Virus record (IMG/VR): IMGVR_UViG_3300023179_000138
Location: 1-54,230 of that record
DNA from: a virus
Taxonomy: Duplodnaviria; Caudoviricetes
DNA: 54,230 bases
Reading direction: 5' to 3' (one strand)
Part shown: positions 10,228 to 19,565 of the stretch, one piece after another
Position numbering within the stretch: the stretch's first letter is position 1
How the letters are laid out: every line of letters begins with the position of its first letter
Notes under the pieces: model-generated
What the model was told of the DNA's origin: nothing
The model's database searches: none
Seen by the model: the letters and a program-made list of their open reading frames with translations, nothing else
Position numbers and translations under genes: made by a program

Positions 10228-10631
10228 CAGCTCCTATATTTGGCAGTCTTCTTCGCTATTTTCTCAGGTTGCGATACAAACTGCTTACCCTCAGCCTTGC
10301 CTTCTCGTTTAGCGCGACTGGTCGCCGCATATTCAGCAGACGACAGAGACTGGATTGCTTTCTTTGGCAGATACCGCTCGCCGGTGGCTTCAGAGCCCTG
10401 CGTCGACGGTTTGCCGGACTTGGTGCCCCAATCCTGCTTGGACCATTGAGACAGGCTGTTGTCGGCCTTCTTAGGGCCTTTGTAACCGCCACCAGATGAT
10501 TTGTACTTCTGGGTGGCTAGTTGGGCCTTACGAGCACTCCATTGCCCCGGGGATCCCCCTTTGCCAGAAGCTTTAACGGAAGCAACGATGCGCTTCCATT
10601 TGCCCGGGTTGGTTTTTTCTGCTGTGCTCAT
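10224..10631 (-). CDS. Small basic protein (DUF5872-like)
   Basis: 'GQWSARKAQL...YKSSGGGY', 'SLSQWSKQDWGTKSGK', 'ERYLPKKA'. Very Lys-rich. Confidence 0.7.
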   Translation of the reverse strand: MSTAEKTNPGKWKRIVASVKASGKGGSPGQWSARKAQLATQKYKSSGGGYKGPKKADNSLSQWSKQDWGTKSGKPSTQGSEATGERYLPKKAIQSLSSAEYAATSRAKREGKAEGKQFVSQPEKIAKKTAKYRSW

Positions 10632-10634
10632 GGC

Positions 10635-11069
10635 TCACCTATAAGGTCGCGTTCCCGATCGGTCAATAACCAATGCCTGCTTTCTCGGCGCTACTGTCGG
10701 GCTGTTAGGAATGCTGATATGCACCCATGAATCAAACTCTTTGATGAGTTGGTCGTATTTAATGTCGCTGCCAATAATCGACAGCATCAAGTCATCCGGC
10801 GACAATCCAACCGCTCTGATGTCTGCGGCACAACCAAGCATGTGCTGACTGTTCTTTGAACCACCGATTGCCGAATTGATATTCGGAGAGCGGTATCCAG
10901 AGGTCACAACAATCGGCTTGTTAACTTCAGATCTCACCTGCTCTAACAACATTGCCAACCTCTTCAGATTGGCAATTTCCTTCTCTTCTGGATTGTTGGG
11001 CCATCCTCGACGAGCCGCATACTCAGACTGCGTCATCTCTTCCAGAGTGAAGTGCGGAGATAGGTTCAT
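10635..11069 (-). CDS. Endolysin, peptidase M15A family (Zn D-Ala-D-Ala carboxypeptidase-like)
   Basis: 'LSPHFTLEE', 'VTSGYRSP', 'SQHMLGCAADI', 'WVHIS'. Confidence 0.9.
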   Translation of the reverse strand: MNLSPHFTLEEMTQSEYAARRGWPNNPEEKEIANLKRLAMLLEQVRSEVNKPIVVTSGYRSPNINSAIGGSKNSQHMLGCAADIRAVGLSPDDLMLSIIGSDIKYDQLIKEFDSWVHISIPNSPTVAPRKQALVIDRSGTRPYR

Positions 11070-11431
11070 TTTTTCCTTGAGTAGAACAGTGTGCGATCGC
11101 CAAACAGGTAGAACCCAATTGCAGCAGCAAAGTTGTCAACAGCAGGATTTGAGACATTAGACATGGTCATGTATGCCCAAGTCCCAAGAACAAGAATTGC
11201 TACAGACGGACGCATCAAGCGGACAACTGCCTCAACCCACGGATAGGATGGGTTAGCGCCGCCAGCGTCATTCATTGCCTTGAACATCTCAAGGTCAATT
11301 TCCTTCATCTTGGCATACTGCTCAATGGTTGCAGGTTTGAACTGGTCGGGCGCAACAAAACGGTTAATAAGAGACTTACCCAAATCAACTGCCAAAGGCC
11401 CAAGGGCCGCGAGGATAGTTATTGGATCCAT
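11066..11431 (-). CDS. Putative holin (3TM/GTA-type)
   Basis: Hydrophobic segments with 'MRP' and 'FYLFGDR' motifs and a basic C-terminus, adjacent to the endolysin. Confidence 0.6.
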   Translation of the reverse strand: MDPITILAALGPLAVDLGKSLINRFVAPDQFKPATIEQYAKMKEIDLEMFKAMNDAGGANPSYPWVEAVVRLMRPSVAILVLGTWAYMTMSNVSNPAVDNFAAAIGFYLFGDRTLFYSRKK

Positions 11432-11652
11432 TATTTGTCCACCTTCCCATCTAGTCTGTCAAAAATCTTGGCCAGCATTACTTTGATGTCCGCGATGTCG
11501 TCGCGGTAGTCGTCTTTGGTGACGTAAATCAAGGGCAGCTCAGAGAGCTTGTCTTCCACTCTTATGATGGACTTGGAGAGGCTGTTAATCATCCAGCCAC
11601 CAAAGAATCCACAAGCACCCACAAGAATGTTGATCAGGCTCTGAGCATCCAT
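11431..11652 (-). CDS. Small membrane-anchored coiled-coil protein (lysis-associated)
   Basis: N-terminal TM segment followed by 'YVTKDDYRDDI...IFDRLDGKVDK'. ATG at 11652. Confidence 0.65.
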   Translation of the reverse strand: MDAQSLINILVGACGFFGGWMINSLSKSIIRVEDKLSELPLIYVTKDDYRDDIADIKVMLAKIFDRLDGKVDK

Positions 11653-11653
11653 T

Positions 11654-11827
11654 TCAGTCAAATCCTCGGAGTGTTTTCGCTAGTCTGGCGCGTTGCCCAA
11701 GTTTACCCGGAGCTTTCGCCGCCTTGTTCAGAATCTTCGCGGGAATCTTCTTATCAGTGGCAACACCCAGTTGCTTCTTCAGTGCACCGGGTTTGCTGAT
11801 TGCTTCTTGGATCCATTTCTTGGACAT
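11654..11827 (-). CDS. 57-aa basic protein (not in ORF track)
   Basis: My translation: MSKKWIQEAISKPGALKKQLGVATDKKIPAKILNKAAKAPGKLGQRARLAKTLRGFD. It fills the gap exactly. Confidence 0.8.
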   Translation of the reverse strand: MSKKWIQEAISKPGALKKQLGVATDKKIPAKILNKAAKAPGKLGQRARLAKTLRGFD

Positions 11828-11835
11828 GGTTACCC

Positions 11836-13794
11836 CTAGAACATAAAAAAGAAGTTGCCGGTGTTTGCTGCACCCGGCGTGTAGACAATGATGATTGCAC
11901 CTTGCGAGCCACTGCTACCTGCGCGGTTTGTTCCGGCTACGTTTACTCCACCACCGCCGCCACCAGCGCCATAAATACCACCAGTAGAAGTTGCCAACGC
12001 CGGACCGCCACCACCCCCGCCGCCGCCAGAACCAATACCTAAAACATCAATACCATTACCACCCGTAATAGTAATTGTTGTGGCTACACCACCACCACCA
12101 CCACCCCCAACGGCTCCGCTTACTTCACTAATACCGCCGCCCGCGCCAGAAGAGTTGTTGCCACCAGTACCGCCGGTAGCAGAAGACCCATTACCACCAG
12201 CCGTTCCTCCACCATTACCACCACCACCACCGCCAGACGCATTGGCGTTAATTGCGTTTGCAAAACCTATCCCGCCATTAGCCCCAGCGCCATTTGGGCC
12301 CGCTGCACCGCCACCGCCTCCGGCACCAACACCTTGTGTAGTTGTGGTTGTTGAGCCAACGCCACCAGCACCACCGTTAAACGTTGAGCCAGTTCCAGCA
12401 GTGCCGCCGGTAGATGTAGGTGTGGTAGTAGCTTGCCCACCGCCGCCACCACCAGCAGTCGATGCCCCTGAATTCCATGAAGTAGTGCCGCCAGCAGTAC
12501 CATCTGAACCGCCAGAACCACCTCCACCAGCAGTGCCAGCCTGATAAGTGATTGAGCCACTCAGGGTTTGATTGATGAGTTTTGTGTAACCCGCACCGCC
12601 ACCGCCCCCACCGCCAGCACGGTTAACTCCAGAAACACGACCACCGCCACCACCGCCACCACCACCAATTATGTGAATAGTGTTAGAAGAATTGTTCCAA
12701 TCAGTAGGGACAGTCCACGAAGTAGAAGATGTAGAAGTAAGAACCACCACAGCGTTATTTGCACGCTGCGTGGTAAACATTGCATAACCGCTATTTGGCG
12801 CTGTCGTATTGATGACAGAGTTAGCACCGATGTACCAAGTATCTGAAATTGGACTGCCAACAGCATCACGCACGTTTAGGTAATCAATGCCTGTTAGGTA
12901 TCCACCACCAGCTTTAGCCAACGTATATGGAGTTCCTGCAGTATCACTATTAAGCGTTACTACGTTTCCAGAGGTTCCAGTGATAGACCATGTGGTAACT
13001 GTAGTAGTAGTACTAGCAGCAAAAGTAATGGTATGCGCTACGGTTTTGGTGCTTGCTAGTTCGCTAAATGTATTTCCAATACCGGCACCAGTAATTGTTG
13101 TTGTTGAGGTGCTGGTGTTACCACCGATGGTCAGTTTGTTGTAACTAAGACCACCGCCTGTAAAACTTCTGGCGGTTGTTGTGTTGTTACTAAGAACGAT
13201 GTTTGCTGTATCTTTGTTAAACGTTAGATTAGTGGTGGTTGTTAATTGCCATATAACGCCCGTGCCAGTTATAGTCCAAGTACCAGAACCCATAGTGAGA
13301 GTTCTGGTATTACTGTTGCTTGCCGAAAATATCGAGCAAGTAATGTTTTGATTATTTGCAGTTAAAGTGCCTTGTGTAAGCGTTAGGGTTCCACTTGATA
13401 CAAATTCGTCACCAATAGTTACCGTAATGCCAGAACCACTAACAGTTACCGAGCCAAAAGTTTTTCCCGCACTAGTAATTGTTCCTGTAGCGTTAACAGT
13501 TAATGTGCCGCTATAAGTAAAAGTCATACCGGCAACTAATGCCACGCTGCCCGATACAGTAATTGCGGCCGTTCCTGCCAGAGTTCCTGTGAACCCAGTG
13601 CAAGTAATACTCTTGGCGCCGGTATTGCCAGCAGAGATTGTTACGATGTTTGCGCCGGAGTTTGCGTCAAAAAACACATCATCTGCAGACGTTGGAATAG
13701 CCTGACCACCGGTACCGTTAGACGTAAGCGCCCACTTAGTACCGGCAGTACCGTCCCAAGCAGCAGCTCCACCAACCCAATAACGGTTAGCCAT
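11836..13794 (-). CDS. Glycine-rich tail fibre / putative receptor-binding protein
   Basis: N-terminal 'RYWVGG..WD' and 'PTSADDVFFDANSG', a beta-helix-like middle and a C-terminal polyglycine-rich domain. Confidence 0.7.
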   Translation of the reverse strand: MANRYWVGGAAAWDGTAGTKWALTSNGTGGQAIPTSADDVFFDANSGANIVTISAGNTGAKSITCTGFTGTLAGTAAITVSGSVALVAGMTFTYSGTLTVNATGTITSAGKTFGSVTVSGSGITVTIGDEFVSSGTLTLTQGTLTANNQNITCSIFSASNSNTRTLTMGSGTWTITGTGVIWQLTTTTNLTFNKDTANIVLSNNTTTARSFTGGGLSYNKLTIGGNTSTSTTTITGAGIGNTFSELASTKTVAHTITFAASTTTTVTTWSITGTSGNVVTLNSDTAGTPYTLAKAGGGYLTGIDYLNVRDAVGSPISDTWYIGANSVINTTAPNSGYAMFTTQRANNAVVVLTSTSSTSWTVPTDWNNSSNTIHIIGGGGGGGGGRVSGVNRAGGGGGGGAGYTKLINQTLSGSITYQAGTAGGGGSGGSDGTAGGTTSWNSGASTAGGGGGGQATTTPTSTGGTAGTGSTFNGGAGGVGSTTTTTQGVGAGGGGGAAGPNGAGANGGIGFANAINANASGGGGGGNGGGTAGGNGSSATGGTGGNNSSGAGGGISEVSGAVGGGGGGGVATTITITGGNGIDVLGIGSGGGGGGGGPALATSTGGIYGAGGGGGGVNVAGTNRAGSSGSQGAIIIVYTPGAANTGNFFFMF

Positions 13795-13988
13795 TACGCC
13801 CCCGGATTAGCCATGTATTCACGCCACTTGGCGTATTGCTCTTGCTGGCGCTGCTCAATAACTTCAGGCGTGAGTGCGTCCCACTCTTCTTGAGTCATTT
13901 CCCAAGTGTCCATGTAGACGTACTCGTTATCACGCACTGTCCAAGCAAAACGGACAATAGGCTGTGGATTAGAATTAATGAGTTCCAT
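13794..13988 (-). CDS. Small tail-fibre-associated protein (possible chaperone)
   Basis: 64 aa from ATG 13988 with upstream AAGGA, located between fibre genes. Confidence 0.55.
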   Translation of the reverse strand: MELINSNPQPIVRFAWTVRDNEYVYMDTWEMTQEEWDALTPEVIEQRQQEQYAKWREYMANPGA

Positions 13989-13996
13989 AGTTATCC

Positions 13997-14938
13997 TTAA
14001 GCAGAGGCAACGCAGCGCCACTTTGATGTAGCCGCGTTCCACACAAAACCAACATCCAAACGGTTTGTGGTAACAGTAGTAGTCGGTAGCGTCACCGTCG
14101 ATGATTCAAACGATGCACCCCATGTTATGAGTCTTGCTGCTGTGCCTACAATGTAAATCCACAGCTTCTGGCCGTTCGTAGGAGTGCCGGAAAGGTTGGT
14201 GCTGAATGACGTAATGTCTACAGCCTGAGCTGTCAAACCATACTGATCCACGTTATCCGTGTTGATGGTCGGCGTGGCGCTCGAGGTTGTCGTTGATACG
14301 CGGGGCGTGATGCGCTTGTTGGTAAGTGTTGCGGTGCCATCAATCGTCGGGAAACCACCGGTTGCGTTTGTGTTGTTGCCCAGAGCAGTTACTACACCCG
14401 CACCAGTGGTTGTAGAGGTGATTGCCGTTGCAGATCCACCACCGAGTAGCAACGCACTTGCTGCCAACACGCCTGATTGAGTCACCAGACCGCCAGAGGT
14501 GTTGACGTTGTTACCAATTGCAGTCACCACGCCAGTACCAGTAGTGGTTGTTGCGGGGGCTGCGCCGGCGCCGCCGCCTAGCACAATGGCGCTTGCGGCA
14601 AGAGCTGCAGAAGATGCCCAAGCTGAAGAGCTAGAGAAGTAGGGGATGCCACCAGAGGTACCGGCAACAGTAAGAGCCAATGTCCCGCTGGTAGTAATGG
14701 GCGACCCAGCAACCGAAATGATGCCGCCGGTGAATGTTTGAGCAACCGACGACACCGTGCCTGTAGCGCCCGCCTTCGTGGCGATTATCTGCACAACGCC
14801 GGCATTGTCCTTATAGAACAGTTTGCCATCAGTGATGTTGATGGCCAGCTCTCCATTAGCCAAATTGGCGGCCAGAGGCACATTGGTCGTTGTTGACGAG
14901 TAATAAAGCTGGATTGGTGTATAGCCATTTTGTGCCAT
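13997..14938 (-). CDS. Tail fibre protein with an Mtd/hyaluronidase-like N-terminal domain
   Basis: 'PLAANLANGELAINITDGKLFYKD' N-terminus and C-terminal 'WNAATSKWRCVA'. The ATG overlaps the upstream TAA. Confidence 0.7.
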   Translation of the reverse strand: MAQNGYTPIQLYYSSTTTNVPLAANLANGELAINITDGKLFYKDNAGVVQIIATKAGATGTVSSVAQTFTGGIISVAGSPITTSGTLALTVAGTSGGIPYFSSSSAWASSAALAASAIVLGGGAGAAPATTTTGTGVVTAIGNNVNTSGGLVTQSGVLAASALLLGGGSATAITSTTTGAGVVTALGNNTNATGGFPTIDGTATLTNKRITPRVSTTTSSATPTINTDNVDQYGLTAQAVDITSFSTNLSGTPTNGQKLWIYIVGTAARLITWGASFESSTVTLPTTTVTTNRLDVGFVWNAATSKWRCVASA

Positions 14939-17754
14939 TAGAATGTGCCTCCTGAGACGCCGCCTGTGATGGCCCCAGTTGATGGGTTGCAAGTTATTGA
15001 AGAGTTTACCAACTGCGGAAGGTTTCCAGTAGTGGCGCTAACAAACGTCAGATAATTTGCGGCGTTTGCAGAGTTACTGGTTACAGCAATATTGGTTGCA
15101 TTTGTTGCGCTGGTTGCAGATCCAACACTAAGCGTTGATTGAGCCACATATTGCGGCGCAGAAGCTCCAGCGGTGAGCACATAATTGGTAGTGCCCAAAG
15201 CAAGGCTTGTGGTGGTGCTGGTTGCGCTCTGATATAGAAGTGAGCCCGTGGTACCACCAGAGACGTTTGTGGCCGTTGTGGCGGTTGTAGCGGAGCCGAC
15301 CGAGAGAGACGATTGGTTTGCCCACGTCGGAGAGCCAGTGCCTCCAGACAGAAGCACCTGACTGGACGTTCCGGCAGAAGAAAAGGCAAAAGCGGTACCA
15401 GTACCATATGCCACAGCCCCTGCAGTTGCCGTTGCCGTGCTATTGGTGCCACCGTTAGCAATCGGCAGAGTCCCAGAGACCCCAGCGGTCAAACTAATCT
15501 GACTCCACGCAGCAGTAGTGCCGTTGCTTGTTAGAGCGTAGTTGGCAGCACCAATAGCCAGACGGCTGTTGCTAGATGCGCCACGGACAATCAGGTCACC
15601 TTGAGTCGTCGTCGGGGCCAGCGCATCAAACCCGGCAGATGCACTTGCTTGCCCGGTGCCACCATTGGCAATTGCCACAGCGCCAGACGTAATCTGACTA
15701 CCGGAGATAGCAATCGACGTGTTGGATGCAGAGGTAATCTGTCCCTGCGCATTGACTGCAATGGTGGGCACGCTTGATGCGGTGCCATACGTTGCCGCCG
15801 ATACCCCGGTATTGGCGATGTTGAACGTGTACGCCGGGGACTCACTTAGGCCGGTGCCAGCCGAATACACAATCGGCGCACCAAACTGCTGAAACACGAT
15901 TGCAGTCGTTCCAATTGTGATTGGAAGAGGCGTCTGCTGCACCCACGATGTATTGGCCAGAGTAGCGCCAGCAGTAATCAAGAAGAAGTCACCAGCATCA
16001 ATCTGATTAACACCAGAGCCTGCGGTATTGTAGTCAGTCGCCCGGGTCAAAATGTAAGGCGTGGAAACGCTGCCTACCTGAGTAACGGTATACACACCGT
16101 TGTGGGCTTGGTTGGCCTCATTCTTGACCAAAATACGGTTGGTCAACACCACCAGAGTCCCGTCTACAGACAATGCGCCATTTGCTGTTGCTGTTAGCGT
16201 TGCGCCAACACCCGATGAGCCATTGTTGTAAGTATTTGATGGCAGCGCGGTTGCCGTGGCCAGACGGCATGCTTGGTGAAAGTTGATTCCAGCTGAAATT
16301 GAATCAACATACGTCTTGTTAACAATGTCATTGCCGGTTGACGGTGCAGTTGTGATTGTTCCGGTGGTCATGGCCACCGAAGTGAACGTGCCGGCGGCTG
16401 GAGTAGAGGCACCAATGGTGGTGTTGTTGATAGAACCACCAGACACCGATGGGGTGTTGATGGTTGGGCTAGTCAACGTTTTGTTGGTCAGCGTCTGGCT
16501 GCCTGTCAACGTAGCCACGGTGCTATCAATAGCAATCGTTACCGGGGAAGACCCGTTGTAAGACGTGCCGCTTAACCCAGTCCCAATGGTCAAAGCATTG
16601 GTGGCAGTTGCCGTGACAGTAGTTGAACCCCCAAGACTTACCGATGACCCATTGATGGTCACAGAACTATTAATAAGGGCTGAGTTTGGCAAACCAGTTA
16701 TGGTGTTGTTAGCGCCATTGATGGTCTTGTTAGTCAGCGTCTGAGATCCAGTCAAAGTCACGACGGTGCTATCAATTGCAATAGTGACCGGGGTAGACCC
16801 ATCGTAAGAAGTACCAGACAGACCAGTGCTGATGGTTAACGGGTATGACACACCCGCCGTGATAGTCGTCGATCCACCCAAACTGACCGTTGATCCGTTG
16901 ATGGTCACAGAGCTGTTGACCAACGAGGCGTTGGGAATGTTTGACAGCGAGTTTGTAGAGGCGGATATGGTCTTGTTGGTCAATGTCTGCGTGTCAGACA
17001 GGGTGACCACCACTCCGGTATCAATAGAAATGGTTCCAGAGGTGGTAATAGGTCCGCCAGACAGACCAGTTCCGGTATTTATCTGTGTGACAGTGCCCGC
17101 ACCTGCCACGCCGCTGGATGCAGAAGTAATCCGACCCTGCGCATCCACAGTAATGTTTGCTAGCGTGTAGGCGCCCGGCGTCACAGCGGTATTAGTTAGT
17201 GCAATTTGCGGGCTTCCAAAGATTCCGTCGCCGTTTGTGACCTGAATCTGCCCGCTGGTACCCAAAATTAAACGCGGGGTGAGCACTCCCGGGCCCGTAA
17301 CGGTCAAAAGACCCGTCCCAGATACCCCAGCAAGCGACAAAACGAGGCCATCAAGGGCCAAAGTTGGGTTGCCAGAGACGCCACTACCGTTAGTTACGGT
17401 CAAACCAGCGCCAGACACCGCAATAGAGCGTGAAGTAACGGTGCCAAGGGCGGTTTTGACTATCAAACCATTGCCAGCGCCCTCCAAACTGCCCGATGCG
17501 CCGCTAAGTTGCATCCGCAGATAGGACTGAGAGCCGCCATCGGTAAGGCTTAGACCAGTCCCGGTGGACATGTAACGGCTGTTGTTCAGCGTAGGCTCGT
17601 TGAACACCGTCACAAACGACTGGGTCTGGATTGGAGAGCCAGCCAAAGCCGCGGTCGTCGTCTGAACCGTCTGCCCATTCTGTACAATGGGGACAGATTC
17701 GGTGCCTTGAATCGGACCAGCTTGCGGGAGTTGAGTAATGGTTACGTTTGGCAT
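14938..17754 (-). CDS. Long tail fibre protein (ends GGTF)
   Basis: 938 aa from ATG 17754, with 'TVDAQGRITSAS', 'QTLTNKT' x3 and 'RILVKNEANQAHNGVY' fibre motifs. Confidence 0.8.
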   Translation of the reverse strand: MPNVTITQLPQAGPIQGTESVPIVQNGQTVQTTTAALAGSPIQTQSFVTVFNEPTLNNSRYMSTGTGLSLTDGGSQSYLRMQLSGASGSLEGAGNGLIVKTALGTVTSRSIAVSGAGLTVTNGSGVSGNPTLALDGLVLSLAGVSGTGLLTVTGPGVLTPRLILGTSGQIQVTNGDGIFGSPQIALTNTAVTPGAYTLANITVDAQGRITSASSGVAGAGTVTQINTGTGLSGGPITTSGTISIDTGVVVTLSDTQTLTNKTISASTNSLSNIPNASLVNSSVTINGSTVSLGGSTTITAGVSYPLTISTGLSGTSYDGSTPVTIAIDSTVVTLTGSQTLTNKTINGANNTITGLPNSALINSSVTINGSSVSLGGSTTVTATATNALTIGTGLSGTSYNGSSPVTIAIDSTVATLTGSQTLTNKTLTSPTINTPSVSGGSINNTTIGASTPAAGTFTSVAMTTGTITTAPSTGNDIVNKTYVDSISAGINFHQACRLATATALPSNTYNNGSSGVGATLTATANGALSVDGTLVVLTNRILVKNEANQAHNGVYTVTQVGSVSTPYILTRATDYNTAGSGVNQIDAGDFFLITAGATLANTSWVQQTPLPITIGTTAIVFQQFGAPIVYSAGTGLSESPAYTFNIANTGVSAATYGTASSVPTIAVNAQGQITSASNTSIAISGSQITSGAVAIANGGTGQASASAGFDALAPTTTQGDLIVRGASSNSRLAIGAANYALTSNGTTAAWSQISLTAGVSGTLPIANGGTNSTATATAGAVAYGTGTAFAFSSAGTSSQVLLSGGTGSPTWANQSSLSVGSATTATTATNVSGGTTGSLLYQSATSTTTSLALGTTNYVLTAGASAPQYVAQSTLSVGSATSATNATNIAVTSNSANAANYLTFVSATTGNLPQLVNSSITCNPSTGAITGGVSGGTF
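16470..17070 (-). repeat. ~240-nt (80-aa) tandem repeat in the tail fibre
   Basis: About 2.5 copies of TGLSG...IDSTVVTLTGSQTLTNKT...NSSVTINGSxVSLGGSTT. Confidence 0.8.
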
Positions 17755-17755
17755 G

Positions 17756-18106
17756 TCAGGGCTGTGGTTGGATGTTGATGCCGTCGAGGTTGCCGTCGTT
17801 TTCCGGCGTATTCGTGTTCTGTTCAGGCGACAAAACAGCCCCGCCATATGTACCTTGGGCTGCAAGACCGTTCGGATCTACTGCAACACTAAGGTCAGGC
17901 CGCGGGAACCGAATCGTAATCCGTTCAGTTTTTCTTGCCGGAAGCCGATACGGGTCAAACTGGTCGGCACAACCTTGGTTGCAGACCTGCAGGCCGGGGA
18001 AATTTGGATCTGAGCGCATCTCGGCGTGCGGGCGCTTCATCTTGCACCGATCGCATACCGCGATTGCTATGTCTGAGTAACCGCGGGTGTCCAAGAACTT
18101 GGGCAT
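17756..18106 (-). CDS. Conserved Cys-containing virion-module protein
   Basis: 'IAVCDRC', 'GLQVCNQGCADQFDP', 'RFPRPD'. Confidence 0.75.
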   Translation of the reverse strand: MPKFLDTRGYSDIAIAVCDRCKMKRPHAEMRSDPNFPGLQVCNQGCADQFDPYRLPARKTERITIRFPRPDLSVAVDPNGLAAQGTYGGAVLSPEQNTNTPENDGNLDGINIQPQP

Positions 18107-18109
18107 GGA

Positions 18110-19180
18110 TCACCTCGAGTAGACGCTGATATTCGGTGCGAAGTAAATAGGCGACTTGTCCCGCTCTTCCTGCTCGGCCATGTTCAGATACTTCTCGGCC
18201 TGAGCTTCAAGATACTGCGTGCGTCCAATATCAACACCCGGCAGCTCTAGGCTCATCTGGTGAGCCAGCATGCTGACCACCGCCAGATACCACCGCTGCG
18301 GGATTTCCAGCTCACCGTACAGGTCGCCCACGTCCATGATTTGGCGCGAGTACCAGATGGTCATCTGGACAAACGGATCCGAAGGCACCGGCCACAGGTA
18401 AATCTTGGGCTGGGGAATCGTGCGGTCAAACCAGAACTGGAACGGCTGGTTGGCCGTGAAGTTCTTGTTGGGCAGGTTGGTGTAGTCATCACGATTCAGG
18501 CGAGCCATCGTGATCTCAGTGCTGTTGTTACCGAAGTACAGCTCGCGGACATTCAGCGTATTACCGCCAGTCTCGCGCATGCGGTAGTACTGGACAGTCT
18601 GGCCGGGCTCAATGTCATACCAGAGCCACTGGTTGTTCACCCATACCGTCTCACCCGGGGCATTCAACGTGCTCCAAGTGACGCCATCGGTGGAGTACTC
18701 AAACACCACATTGAACGTGCCAGAGACGTTAGGCAGGACACCAATCGAGCCAATGTAGACCGCGTTGTTGGTGCCAAAGTCAACACCGATATAGCCATTG
18801 ATGGCGGACTGGGTACAGGCCGTGTTGATGTTGCCATCAAAGGCGTTCTGGGCGATGCCAGACGACGCCAGATAGCCTGCAGAAGTAGGCGGGGTAGGGC
18901 GGTTCATCCGGCGATACAGAGCATTCAGCACGTCTACAGCGCCCAGCGGCAGCTCATAGACATACTGGTCAGCCTTCAGGCCAAAGACCTTCTTGTCGAT
19001 TGCCCAGTACTGGATGCCGATGTTGATGAGGTTGGACATCAAAAAGAACAGCGACTCACGCGAAGCAATGAGTTGTTCCGATGTCAGCTCTTCAGCAAGC
19101 TTCCCGCAACGACGCGCACCATGGTCAATCAATGATTGAACGGTGACAACAGTTGTGCCGACTGTTCCCGAGTAAGCCAT
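18110..19180 (-). CDS. Head-tail connector with an inserted discoidin/F5-8-like domain
   Basis: Adaptor-type core ('DYTNLPNK...QFWFDR', 'YLWPVP'). The central 'NAFDGNINT...EYSTDGVTW...YYRMR' segment is galactose-binding-fold-like. Confidence 0.65.
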   Translation of the reverse strand: MAYSGTVGTTVVTVQSLIDHGARRCGKLAEELTSEQLIASRESLFFLMSNLINIGIQYWAIDKKVFGLKADQYVYELPLGAVDVLNALYRRMNRPTPPTSAGYLASSGIAQNAFDGNINTACTQSAINGYIGVDFGTNNAVYIGSIGVLPNVSGTFNVVFEYSTDGVTWSTLNAPGETVWVNNQWLWYDIEPGQTVQYYRMRETGGNTLNVRELYFGNNSTEITMARLNRDDYTNLPNKNFTANQPFQFWFDRTIPQPKIYLWPVPSDPFVQMTIWYSRQIMDVGDLYGELEIPQRWYLAVVSMLAHQMSLELPGVDIGRTQYLEAQAEKYLNMAEQEERDKSPIYFAPNISVYSR

Positions 19181-19188
19181 CTCTCACC

Positions 19189-19563
19189 TCACCAGCCGGG
19201 GCAGTTCCAGCGCCGCATAGACGCTCGAGCACGACTCCCCTTGTCACTCTTCTCTGCGACCGGTCCCATGCGAGCACAGAACGAATCACGCCTCGGGCCA
19301 CCCTGTGGCTGCGGAGCCTTTAGGTTTGATCCCGTCTCACGATTGTACTTTTCCCGGCCCTTTGCCGTAAGACCAGCGCCCTTATCTGCGGGCAGCTTTT
19401 CACCGCGGCCGATAGCCAGACTAGGGCCGCCCTTCTTCATCTTCTTATCTGCAGAGACAAACTCTTTGCCCACCGTCTGCGGAATACCAACCTTCTTCGC
19501 AAACTTAGGGCTGTGAGCCACCGCTTCCATCAGATTGTGCTGGGCTTTGGACTTAGATGGCAT
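19189..19563 (-). CDS. Small basic two-module protein (C-terminal DUF6321-like)
   Basis: 'MPSKSKAQHNLM...' module, an MKKGG linker, then 'GLTAKGREKYN...RRDSFCARM...RWNC'. Confidence 0.75.
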   Translation of the reverse strand: MPSKSKAQHNLMEAVAHSPKFAKKVGIPQTVGKEFVSADKKMKKGGPSLAIGRGEKLPADKGAGLTAKGREKYNRETGSNLKAPQPQGGPRRDSFCARMGPVAEKSDKGSRARASMRRWNCPGW

Positions 19564-19565
19564 GA

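Noticed and set aside
13997-14938. Diversity-generating retroelement suggested by the Mtd-like N-terminus
   Set aside because: I found no reverse transcriptase and no template/variable repeat pair differing at adenines.
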